Assembly (NCBI GenBank): GCA_902587025.1
Contig: CACIJJ010000004.1
Location: 4,510 to 68,509, forward strand
Source: an uncultured Candidatus Actinomarina sp.
GTDB taxonomy: Bacteria; Actinomycetota; Acidimicrobiia; Actinomarinales; Actinomarinaceae
DNA length: 64,000 bases
Direction of reading: 5' to 3'
Shown here: positions 27,200 through 36,326 of the stretch, piece after piece
How the letters are laid out: each line of letters begins with the position of its first letter
Numbering within the stretch: position 1 is the stretch's first letter
Position numbers and translations under genes: made by a program
Notes under the pieces: generated by a model
The model's input: the letters and a program-made list of their open reading frames with translations, nothing else
Told to the model about the DNA's origin: nothing
Database searches by the model: none

Positions 27200-27877
27200 T
27201 TAAACATACCTTCCTTGATCTACATCACTCATTAATTTGCCATCCTTTAGTTGTAACACTCTTTTTTTTCTTCTGTTTACTATCGATGAATCATGTGTTG
27301 CCATTAAGACAGTTGTGCCAGCCCTATTGATTTTTTCTAATAATGTAATAATTTGAATGCTAAGTTCTGGATCTAAATTGCCTGTAGGTTCATCACATAA
27401 AAGGACAAGTGGATTCGATGCTAGTGCTCTTGCTATACATGCTCTTGTTTGCTCTCCTCCTGAAAGTTGACTGGGAAATTTATACATACTTTCGTTTAAT
27501 CCAACTAAATCAATCAACGTACTGGTTTTCTCATCAATTTCTTTTTCTTCAAACCCAAGTACTTCAAGAGCAAAACTTATATTCTCAAAAGTTGTTCTAT
27601 CTTCAAGAAGCTGTGGTTCTTGAGTAACAATTCCTAATTTTCTTCTCAACAAAGGTATTTTCCATTTTGGCAGGCTCGTTACATCCATATCTACAACTTC
27701 TATATCTCCTTTTGTCGGAGAATATTCTTTGTAAAGAAGTTTAAGTAAGGATGATTTTCCACTTCCAGAATGACCAATAAGATAGACAAATTCACCTTCT
27801 GAAATCTCTGTAGATACGTTTGAAAGTGCAACACTTCCACCTTGAAAAACTAACGAAACATTATCTAACTTAATCAT
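27200..27877 (-). CDS. ftsE: cell division ATP-binding protein FtsE
   Basis: 225 aa. It has Walker A GHSGSGKSS, LSGGEQ and LLCDEPTGNLD. Confidence 0.9.
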   Translation of the reverse strand: MIKLDNVSLVFQGGSVALSNVSTEISEGEFVYLIGHSGSGKSSLLKLLYKEYSPTKGDIEVVDMDVTSLPKWKIPLLRRKLGIVTQEPQLLEDRTTFENISFALEVLGFEEKEIDEKTSTLIDLVGLNESMYKFPSQLSGGEQTRACIARALASNPLVLLCDEPTGNLDPELSIQIITLLEKINRAGTTVLMATHDSSIVNRRKKRVLQLKDGKLMSDVDQGRYV

Positions 27878-28974
27878 TTAATCCCTGTCTACGCCATTTT
27901 AGATACTCATTGATAAATATGTTAATATCTCCATCTAAAACTGACTGGATATTTCCAACTTCAATATTTGTTCTTGAGTCTTTAACTTGTTGATAAGGTT
28001 GCATGACGTATGACCTAATTTGCCTACCCCAGCCAGCTTCAACTTGTTCACCTCTAATTGAGTTAAGTTTTTTTAATTTTTCTTCTTTTTCTAACAGTAT
28101 TAGTTTTGATTTTAGAAGGGCCAAAGCACGAACTTTGTTTTGTAATTGTGACCTTTCTGCCTGACAAGCAACTACTATTCCTGTAGGAATATGGGTAACT
28201 CTTACTGCTGAATCGGTTGTATTTACATGTTGACCTCCAGCTCCAGAAGATCTATAAACATCAATACGGATGTCATCATCATTTAAATCAAACTCATCCG
28301 AATCATCAATTAATGGAATAACATCAACTCCTGCAAAACTAGTATGTCTTCTTTTGTTACTATCAAAAGGACTTATTCTAACTAATCTATGAACTCCTCT
28401 TTCACTTTCTAAATTTGCATAAGCTCTGAAACTTTCTACTCTTATCGATGCAGATTTTATTCCTGCTTCTTCTCCAGAAGAAATTTCCTCTATCTCATAG
28501 CTCATTTCTATACTATCTAAATATCTTGTGTACATTCTTAATAACATTTCTGCCCAGTCATGAGCATCAACACCTCCCGCACCAGCATTAACTGTAAGAA
28601 CAGCTGAATGATTATCGAACTCACTTGAGTACAGAGATTCTTCCTCTAGGTCTATAATCTTTTGCTCGATTTCTTCAAATTGAGGTTTTATTTCTTCCAG
28701 TTCAGATAGATTATCTTTGCTTAATTCTGTTAATTCTTCCAAATCTTTAATCTCATTATCTAAAGTATTTAATAAATTAATTACTTTCTCAATGTTTGAA
28801 GCATTTTTAACAATATTTTGAGGATTTGATATTTCTGACCAAAAATCTTTTTTTGAGATTATTATATTAAGTTTTTCTAGTTCTTCTTTTTTATTATCAA
28901 AGTCAAAGATACTCCTTGGCAGAAGTTAATCTTTCTTTAAAATTTTTTATTTTGTTTCGGATATCTTTATACAT
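27870..28974 (-). CDS. prfB: peptide chain release factor 2, requiring a programmed +1 frameshift: complement(join(27870..28904,28906..28974))
   Basis: The 0 frame runs ATG 28974 .. MYKDIRNKIKNFKERLTSAKEYL to TGA. After a +1 shift the frame continues DFDNKKEELEKL... into the track ORF. The SPF and GGQ motifs are present. The total is 367 aa. Confidence 0.9.
28902..28917 (-). promoter_or_regulatory. RF2 autoregulatory +1 frameshift site: AAGGAG TAT CTT TGA C
   Basis: The minus-strand sequence is AAGGAGTATCTTTGAC. It consists of an internal SD-like AAGGAG, a 3-nt spacer, the slippery CTT, and then UGA followed by C. The E. coli site is AGGGGGTATCTTTGAC. Confidence 0.85.
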
Positions 28975-31556
28975 CTATCATCTATTCCACATTTTTTATA
29001 TTTAATCCCACAACCCTCAGGACATGGATCATTTCTTCCAATTTTATCTTTATTATCAACATTTGATGTTTTTTTCTTTTCCTTGTTTAAATCATTATTT
29101 TCTTGTGAGATTTTGTCAAAGTTTAATAAAAGTCTAACAACAGATAACTTAACATTGTGAATTAAATCTTCAAATAAATCATATCCTTCTTTTTGATATT
29201 CAACTAAAGGATCTCTCTGACCCATTGCTCTTAATCCAATACCTGACCTGAGATAATCCATTTCTGAAAGGTGATTTTTCCAGGATTGATCTATAAACGA
29301 AAGTGAGCCCATTCTTGCTAAATTCATGAAATTATTTTTGTCTGATTCGAAATTTTTATTGTACAGGGATTCCATACTTGATATTATTTCTAAATTATCA
29401 TTTACTTCTATGGTTTGCAATAACTGTTTTTTTACATTGTCAGATAAAATTAAACTTAATTCATTTTCAACGAAATTTCTATAATCTTCAAGTGTTTCAT
29501 ATTGTGTTTTGTAGTTATCAACATTATTTTGTAATTCGTCAAATATGTCATCTCTCCAATCAGTGATCAGATTTTCTATATTGTCGGACATGAGGAGTTC
29601 TCGTCTCCATTTATAAATTACATCTCTTTGTTGATTAAGAACCTGATCGAACTTAAGAACATTTTTTCTTATTTCAAAGTTTAATGATTCAACTTGTGCT
29701 TGAGCTCTTTCGATACTCTTAGTTACCATACTCTGCTCAATCTTTTCATCATCAGGCAAGTTGAGCCTATCCATAATTGATTGAATTCTTTCACCTTGGA
29801 ATCTTCTCATTAAGTCGTCTTCAAGACTTATATAAAATCTTGATTCACCTGGATCACCTTGCCTTCCTGACCTTCCTCTTAATTGGTTATCAATTCTACG
29901 AGATTCATGTCTTTCTGTCCCAATTACATAAAGACCTCCAAGTTCAATTACTTTTTCTTTTTCGTCATTGATCAAAGAATCAAATTTCGAAATTAACTCC
30001 TCCATGTATTTTTCATCATCTAATTTGTTTTCTTTTTCTACTTCATTTTTAGCCATAAATTCACTATTACCACCTAATTTGATGTCTACACCTCTTCCTG
30101 CCATATTCGTTGCAACGGTAACTGCTTTTAATCGCCCGGCTTGAGCAATAATTGATGCTTCTTCCAAGTGATTTTTTGCATTTAAAACAGAATGCTTAAT
30201 ACTGTTTTTTGTTAATTCTTTTGAAATTTCTTCTGATGAATCAACTGAGACTGTACCTAGTAAAACTGGTTGTCCAATTTCGTGTCTTTTTTTTATATCA
30301 TCTACAACTGCATTTAGTTTGGCTTTCTTTGTTTTATAAACTGTGTCCTGATTGTCGTTTCTTGCTACTGGCAGATTCGTTGGTATCTCCACCACCTCAA
30401 GATTGTAAATTTGGATTAATTCCTCTTCTTCAGTTTTTGCCGTACCTGTCATCCCAGATAGATGTTCATACATCCTAAAATAATTTTGATAAGTGATCGA
30501 TGCTAATGTTTGATTTTCATCCTGAATACTTACATTTTCTTTGGCTTCAATTGCTTGATGTAGTCCGTCAGAATAGCGTCTTCCTTCTAAAACACGTCCT
30601 GTAAATTCGTCTACTATTTTTACCTGTCCATCAGATTTTATGTAATCAATATCTTTTTTATAAATTTCTTTAGCACGTAGTGAAGCTGTTAAATAATGAA
30701 TAAAGTTTGTAGATGTGTTTTCATATAGATTATCAATACCTAATTTACCCTCGATAAATTCAATCCCCTCCTCTGTAGGGTGAATTTGTTTTTTTGATTC
30801 ATCTACTTCATAATGGATATCTTTTTTCATTTGCTTAACTAATTTTGAAAATTGTAGATACCATTTCGTTGACTCCTCAACCCTTCCAGAAATAATTAAA
30901 GGTGTTCTGGCCTCGTCAACTAAAATTGAATCAACTTCGTCAATTACTGCATAAAATAGGTTACCTTGAGTTAATTGCTCTGAGGATTGTGCCATGTTGT
31001 CTCTTAAATAATCAAAACCAAATTCATTGTTAGTTCCATAAACAATGTCTTTTTTATATTCTGAAACTTTTTCTTGGTAATCTTGATTTGAATAAATAAG
31101 GCCAACTTCAAGTCCTAAAAAGTTATAAATTGGACTCATCCATTCAGCATCTCTTCTTGATAGATAGTCATTAACTGTTACAACATGAACACTTTGATCA
31201 AAAAGCGACATAAATGATATTGGGAGTGTAGAAACAAGTGTTTTGCCTTCCCCTGTTTTCATCTCAGCTATTTTATTTCTTAATAAAACCATTCCCCCGA
31301 ACAACTGAACATCATAATGGCGTTGTCCAATTGTTCTTTTAGATGCTTCCCTCACTAATGAAAATGCATCAACCTCAAAATCAAATTTGTTTTCTGAGGT
31401 TATCTCTTTTTTTAAATTTTGAAATTTATTTTTAATTTCTTCATCAGAATATTTTTCAACTTTAGATTCTTTAGAGTTAATTAACTCGACTTTTTTATCA
31501 AGCTCTTGTGCAAGTTTTCCACTTCCTACAGATAAAACTTTTTTAAAAATACTCAA
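28947..31556 (-). CDS. secA: preprotein translocase ATPase SecA
   Basis: 869 aa. It has DEAD-like motor motifs (MKTGEGKTL, DEVDSILVDEARTPLIISG, TNMAGRGVDIKLGG) and a Cys-rich C-terminus. Its 3' end overlaps the prfB start by 28 nt. Confidence 0.95.
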   Translation of the reverse strand: MSIFKKVLSVGSGKLAQELDKKVELINSKESKVEKYSDEEIKNKFQNLKKEITSENKFDFEVDAFSLVREASKRTIGQRHYDVQLFGGMVLLRNKIAEMKTGEGKTLVSTLPISFMSLFDQSVHVVTVNDYLSRRDAEWMSPIYNFLGLEVGLIYSNQDYQEKVSEYKKDIVYGTNNEFGFDYLRDNMAQSSEQLTQGNLFYAVIDEVDSILVDEARTPLIISGRVEESTKWYLQFSKLVKQMKKDIHYEVDESKKQIHPTEEGIEFIEGKLGIDNLYENTSTNFIHYLTASLRAKEIYKKDIDYIKSDGQVKIVDEFTGRVLEGRRYSDGLHQAIEAKENVSIQDENQTLASITYQNYFRMYEHLSGMTGTAKTEEEELIQIYNLEVVEIPTNLPVARNDNQDTVYKTKKAKLNAVVDDIKKRHEIGQPVLLGTVSVDSSEEISKELTKNSIKHSVLNAKNHLEEASIIAQAGRLKAVTVATNMAGRGVDIKLGGNSEFMAKNEVEKENKLDDEKYMEELISKFDSLINDEKEKVIELGGLYVIGTERHESRRIDNQLRGRSGRQGDPGESRFYISLEDDLMRRFQGERIQSIMDRLNLPDDEKIEQSMVTKSIERAQAQVESLNFEIRKNVLKFDQVLNQQRDVIYKWRRELLMSDNIENLITDWRDDIFDELQNNVDNYKTQYETLEDYRNFVENELSLILSDNVKKQLLQTIEVNDNLEIISSMESLYNKNFESDKNNFMNLARMGSLSFIDQSWKNHLSEMDYLRSGIGLRAMGQRDPLVEYQKEGYDLFEDLIHNVKLSVVRLLLNFDKISQENNDLNKEKKKTSNVDNKDKIGRNDPCPEGCGIKYKKCGIDDRCIKISETK

Positions 31557-31558
31557 AT

Positions 31559-32803
31559 TTAGCTTGTGCCATGCTCCCAGGAGTCGAGATATTCAATTTG
31601 CTCTTTAGTAAGGATTTCTAATTCTCCACCCATGAGTCCTAATTTTGTAGCTGCAATTTTTAAATCAACTTCATTCGGAAGAGTATAAACTTTTGGCTCT
31701 AGATCTTCATGATTATCTTTTATCCATTCTGCAGCCAAGGCCTGGTTGGCAAATGACATATCCATCACTGAAGCAGGATGGCCAGTTGCAGCAGCTAAAT
31801 TAACTAGTCTTCCTTCAGCTAGTACTAAGATTTCCTTACCATCGTACAAATAGCTTTCTACATGATCCCTAACTCTATGTACTTCAGCACTATCTTGTTT
31901 TAATGCTTCTAAATTGATTTCTACATCAAAATGTCCTGCATTAGCTAAAACTACTCCATCTTTCATTACATCAAAATGTTTCTTGTCCAATGCATGCATG
32001 TTTCCTGTTACAGATACAATTACATCAGCAATTTTTGCAGCATTAACACTACTTTTTACTTCATATCCATGCATTAAAGCTTCTAGAGCACGTACCGAGT
32101 TAGGCTCAACGACTGTCACTTTAGCACCCATTCCATATGCTCGTTCTGCTACTCCTTTACCACAATCACCAAAACCGATAACAACCACATCTAAACCAGC
32201 AATCAAGAGATCGGTTGCTCTTACAACACCATCCATAGCACTTTGACCTGTTCCGAACCGATTATCAAATAAATGCTTCGTGTCAGAGTCATTAACAGCA
32301 ACGACAGGAAAACGAAGTTTATTATTTTTTTCCATTGACTTAAGTCTTATTACCCCAGTTGTTGTTTCTTCCATTGAACCCATAACTGAAATATCAGATC
32401 TATCAGTTAAAAGCAGGGTAACTAAATCAGCTCCATCATCCATCGTTATGTCAGGTTTTGTGTCTAAAACAGAATTAAGGTGCTTAAAGAATTCATCATT
32501 TGATACTCCATGTACTGCATGTACTTCAACATCATTTTCAGCTAGGTAGGCAGCGACTGAATCTTTAGTTGATAGTGGGTTCGATGCACACAATGCAACG
32601 TTTGCCCCGGCAGCTTTTAAAGCGAGCATTAAATTAGCTGTTTCTTTTGTTACGTGCATACATGCACCTATATTCAAACCATTTAATGGCTTATTATTTG
32701 AGAACTCTGTTTTAATTTCTTCAAGAACTTTCATTTGTCTAGCAGCCCATTCAACTTCTTGTTGACCTACAACTGCTAGATTTTTATCTTTTATAGTGGA
32801 CAT
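31559..32803 (-). CDS. ahcY: adenosylhomocysteinase
   Basis: 414 aa. It has the NAD motif VVIGFGDCGKG and is AhcY-like over its full length. Confidence 0.95.
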   Translation of the reverse strand: MSTIKDKNLAVVGQQEVEWAARQMKVLEEIKTEFSNNKPLNGLNIGACMHVTKETANLMLALKAAGANVALCASNPLSTKDSVAAYLAENDVEVHAVHGVSNDEFFKHLNSVLDTKPDITMDDGADLVTLLLTDRSDISVMGSMEETTTGVIRLKSMEKNNKLRFPVVAVNDSDTKHLFDNRFGTGQSAMDGVVRATDLLIAGLDVVVIGFGDCGKGVAERAYGMGAKVTVVEPNSVRALEALMHGYEVKSSVNAAKIADVIVSVTGNMHALDKKHFDVMKDGVVLANAGHFDVEINLEALKQDSAEVHRVRDHVESYLYDGKEILVLAEGRLVNLAAATGHPASVMDMSFANQALAAEWIKDNHEDLEPKVYTLPNEVDLKIAATKLGLMGGELEILTKEQIEYLDSWEHGTS

Positions 32804-33798
32804 TATCCTCCTAATAATTTTTTTAAATTTTCAATTGTATCAATATTTTTTGGGTCAATAGTTAATCTGTTTGCTAAGTTTAAACTAACTAAATCACCTA
32901 GTAATACTAACTCCAATAGGGTTTTTAGCGTACTTTCCTGATTGTTTAAATTAACTTCAACAATATTTACTTTCTCTCTTATCAATTCTTTGGTAAATTC
33001 AAATCTTTTACTAATTTGTTCATGTTCATTTCTATCCCGAATCAGAATAACAATATAATTATTTTTACTTCCATCTATGTCAGTATCCCATGAGAGAATT
33101 TCATTGTGATGTACCTCTGGTAGATAACCAACAAAAGCTTTGGATTTTGCGTTCTCATTAATCTGAGTTTTCCAACGTGTCGATACAACCTTTGACATAT
33201 TGGTTCCTGAATATATGATCACAGTTTTTTTGTTGATACTTTCACATATATCTAAAGACAATTTGTTGATGTCAGAATCTTCAGCCTTTTCAGTTAGTTT
33301 TTCTAAATATGAACTTGCTTCATTCAATTGAGATACATAATCTGAACTCTCAACAATATCTAAGATTCTTGAAATAGCTAAAGTAAGATATCCAAATGCT
33401 GCCCTTGGTTGTAATCCACTTGGTATCTTAATATACTCCTTACCTTCTTCTTGTGCGATATCAATTAACTTCCCGCCGCTTGAAATAACGATCCAATCTA
33501 AATTATTTTTTTTGGCATCAGATATACCTGATAACGTTTCTTCTGTATTGCCAGAATATGAAATAAATAAACATAAAGGTCTAAATTTTAAAAACTGTTT
33601 TGGGATTGAATAATCTTTGTGAACAATTATATTTTTATCAGATATTTCATTAGAAAGTACTTTCATCACATCTCCTGCGACACCTGAACCACCCATTCCC
33701 ATAATTAATAAATTCTCATATGTAATTTTTTCAAGATTACTAGAAGACTCAAGATCAGATATTATTTGATTTTTTAGGTCGAATGCGATATTTAACAT
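32803..33798 (-). CDS. SIS-domain bifunctional phosphoglucose/phosphomannose isomerase family protein
   Basis: 331 aa. It has SIS motifs (GMGGSGVAGD, SYSGNTEET). It sits between pmm and ahcY, as in mycobacteria by my memory. Confidence 0.7.
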   Translation of the reverse strand: MLNIAFDLKNQIISDLESSSNLEKITYENLLIMGMGGSGVAGDVMKVLSNEISDKNIIVHKDYSIPKQFLKFRPLCLFISYSGNTEETLSGISDAKKNNLDWIVISSGGKLIDIAQEEGKEYIKIPSGLQPRAAFGYLTLAISRILDIVESSDYVSQLNEASSYLEKLTEKAEDSDINKLSLDICESINKKTVIIYSGTNMSKVVSTRWKTQINENAKSKAFVGYLPEVHHNEILSWDTDIDGSKNNYIVILIRDRNEHEQISKRFEFTKELIREKVNIVEVNLNNQESTLKTLLELVLLGDLVSLNLANRLTIDPKNIDTIENLKKLLGG

Positions 33799-33801
33799 CT
33801 A

Positions 33802-35139
33802 TTAATCTATTATATTTGAAATTTTTTCAATGATGCTGTCTAAAGTTTTTTGATTGATTGCTTCTGCATTTAATCTAAGCATGGGCTCAGTATTCGATCC
33901 CCTCACATTAAACCAAAAGTCATCAGAAAAATATGATATTCCATCTAATTTATCAAATTCACCCTCAAAAGAATTTTCAATTTTTTTTAAACTTGTCTCT
34001 ACATCTTCGACAATGTAATTTATTTCACCAGATGACGGCTTAAAGTTGTAATTTTGTAAAAGTTCTGAACTTTTAATATTTTTCTCAGATAAAATTTTTA
34101 AAAATATTAATAATGTCAATATTCCGGAATCAGCATAAAAATTTTCTCTCAAATAAAAATGAGCGCTATGTTCTCCACCAAAATCTGCGTCATTATCTCT
34201 CATAATTTTTTTTATGTATGAATGACCAACTTTAGATCTTATTGTCTTTACTCCTTTATTTTTTAAATATTCAATAACAGATGGTTGAACATTTACATTA
34301 TGAACTATCTTTATTTCAGATTTCTTTTCAAATAACCAATCAGAGATTAAACAAGTCATCATACTTCCACTAATTACGTTTCCTTTATCATCGACAAATA
34401 CAGACCTGTCAGCATCTCCATCGAAAGCAACTCCAAAATCAAAATTTTGTGACAATACTTTATTTTTTAAATCAAAGAGATTGTCTTGGTGTGAAGGATC
34501 TGGTGGATGATTTGGGAAGTTCCCATCTACTTCCATATAAAGGCCTTCAAAATTTAAACTAAACGATTCTGCTAGATCTTCAATAATTGCACCAAGTACA
34601 CCGTTTCCACCATCAATAGCAAATTTCACTTTGTCACTTATTTCAGATGGATCAACTATATTTTTAAAATGTTCTAGATAAAGTTGATTCATAGTTTGCA
34701 TTTCAGGCAATTCTGACATATTTAAATCATCATTAAATTTTTCTGCTAAATTCTTGATTTCATTTAATCCTGTTTCTTTACCGATCGCTACTGCTCCACT
34801 GTTGCAAAACTTCAAACCTGTGTACTCTTTTGGATTATGAGATGCTGTAATAATTAAACCAGGTAAATTCTTAATCCCTGAAAGGGTATAAACAACATCT
34901 GTTGGAACCATACCAACATACAAAACTTTTTTATTTACTGAATGTATTCCAGAACTTATAGCTGCAAACATTTCATTATTTGAAATACGGCCATCATGCC
35001 CAACAATAATTTCATTTGAATCTACAAAGGATGCAAAAGCTGCGCCTATTTTGAAACCAACTTTTGGTGTAATTGTTTCATTAAAAACACCTCTTACATC
35101 GTAAGCCTTAAAAATTAAATCTAGTTTATTTTCATCCAC
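33802..35139 (-). CDS. phosphomannomutase/phosphoglucomutase
   Basis: 445 aa. It has the active-site loop TASHNP, the metal loop FDGDADR and the sugar loop GGEHSAH. Confidence 0.85.
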   Translation of the reverse strand: MDENKLDLIFKAYDVRGVFNETITPKVGFKIGAAFASFVDSNEIIVGHDGRISNNEMFAAISSGIHSVNKKVLYVGMVPTDVVYTLSGIKNLPGLIITASHNPKEYTGLKFCNSGAVAIGKETGLNEIKNLAEKFNDDLNMSELPEMQTMNQLYLEHFKNIVDPSEISDKVKFAIDGGNGVLGAIIEDLAESFSLNFEGLYMEVDGNFPNHPPDPSHQDNLFDLKNKVLSQNFDFGVAFDGDADRSVFVDDKGNVISGSMMTCLISDWLFEKKSEIKIVHNVNVQPSVIEYLKNKGVKTIRSKVGHSYIKKIMRDNDADFGGEHSAHFYLRENFYADSGILTLLIFLKILSEKNIKSSELLQNYNFKPSSGEINYIVEDVETSLKKIENSFEGEFDKLDGISYFSDDFWFNVRGSNTEPMLRLNAEAINQKTLDSIIEKISNIID

Positions 35140-35154
35140 TCCATATGTATTGTA

Positions 35155-35895
35155 ATGTTTATGAAAATGAACAACATGATTAATAATTTTTCAGTTGTAA
35201 TACCAGTATTTAATGAAGAAGAAATCTTTTTAGAATCTGCTAATAAAATCTTCAATATTTGCAAAGAGATGAATATGCCTTTTGAAATTATTTTTTCTGA
35301 GAACGGATCTATGGACAACACAAAAAATCTCATTCAAGCTTTTACAGAAGATAAAGATAATTGTTTTACGATTAATAGTGATTATGCAAATTATGGACTT
35401 GCATTAAAAAATGGATTTGAAATTGCAAAAAATGATATTGTAATATCATTTGACATTGATTATTTTTCAAAAAAATTTCTTAAGCAATCATTAGAACTAG
35501 ATGAGAATTACGTAGCACTAGTTGCATCGAAAAGATTAAATGAATCTGAGGATGAAAGAATATTTATTAGAAAAATGGCAACATCAATATTTGTATTAAT
35601 TTTAAAACTTTTATTTCAAACCTCCCTTAGTGATACTCATGGAATGAAAGCCATAAGAAGATATAATATTCAAAAAGAAATCAATAACGTGATATCAACA
35701 CAGGATATTTTTGATACTGAACTTTTAATTAGAATAGAGAAATCAGGATATAAAATTCTTGAAGTACCGGCAAAAGTAAATGAGATTAGACCAAGTGTAT
35801 CTGTTATTTTTACAAGAATTCCTAGAACACTAAAAAGTTTATTTTTATTACGGCTTCAATTATTTAAAGAGTCTTTAAATACAAACAATTTATAA
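35155..35895 (+). CDS. family 2 glycosyltransferase, polyprenyl-phosphate sugar synthase-like
   Basis: 246 aa. It has FSVVIPVFNEE, a DGS/DxD-type motif (SENGSMDNT..FDIDY) and a GtrB/Ppm1-like architecture. The true start may be an internal Met. Confidence 0.75.
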   Translation: MFMKMNNMINNFSVVIPVFNEEEIFLESANKIFNICKEMNMPFEIIFSENGSMDNTKNLIQAFTEDKDNCFTINSDYANYGLALKNGFEIAKNDIVISFDIDYFSKKFLKQSLELDENYVALVASKRLNESEDERIFIRKMATSIFVLILKLLFQTSLSDTHGMKAIRRYNIQKEINNVISTQDIFDTELLIRIEKSGYKILEVPAKVNEIRPSVSVIFTRIPRTLKSLFLLRLQLFKESLNTNNL

Positions 35896-36326
35896 ATTAA
35901 ATATTTAACGGGAAGAATGAAACCATGTATCAAAACAGTCGCTATTAAAAATTGTATTTCGTTATCTTGAATTGATGGTCTGATCAAGTCAATTAAAAAC
36001 CAGATAAACAATGGAACAACTAAGTTGATTAAATTAGTAACCAAAAATTTTACAAATTCTTTAATTCCCCCCTCGTAAATAGATAATTTGAAAATAATTC
36101 TTCTAGATAAAAAATATGAAACTAGAACTCCGATCGAAAATGCAAAAATATTTGTTAGGTAAGTTCTTAAAGGAATTTCAATTGAATAAAAAACAAAAAA
36201 TTGAAATAAATAGCTTATTCCAAGACCAAATACTAAATTGAATCCACCAACAATATACGTTCTTAATAGCTGTGCATAAGTGGAATCACCTGTTAACAAT
36301 CTAGAATTTTTAAGTTTTTTTAACAT
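35856..36326 (-). CDS. GtrA-family small membrane protein (putative lipid-linked sugar flippase)
   Basis: 156 aa with four predicted transmembrane helices. Its size and pattern match the GtrA family. Confidence 0.7.
   Translation of the reverse strand: MLKKLKNSRLLTGDSTYAQLLRTYIVGGFNLVFGLGISYLFQFFVFYSIEIPLRTYLTNIFAFSIGVLVSYFLSRRIIFKLSIYEGGIKEFVKFLVTNLINLVVPLFIWFLIDLIRPSIQDNEIQFLIATVLIHGFILPVKYLIYKLFVFKDSLNN

Noticed and set aside
35121-35333. A 70-aa minus-strand ORF spanning the pmm/GT2 intergenic region.
   Set aside because: It overlaps the starts of both well-supported genes and has a low-complexity sequence. It is most likely spurious.
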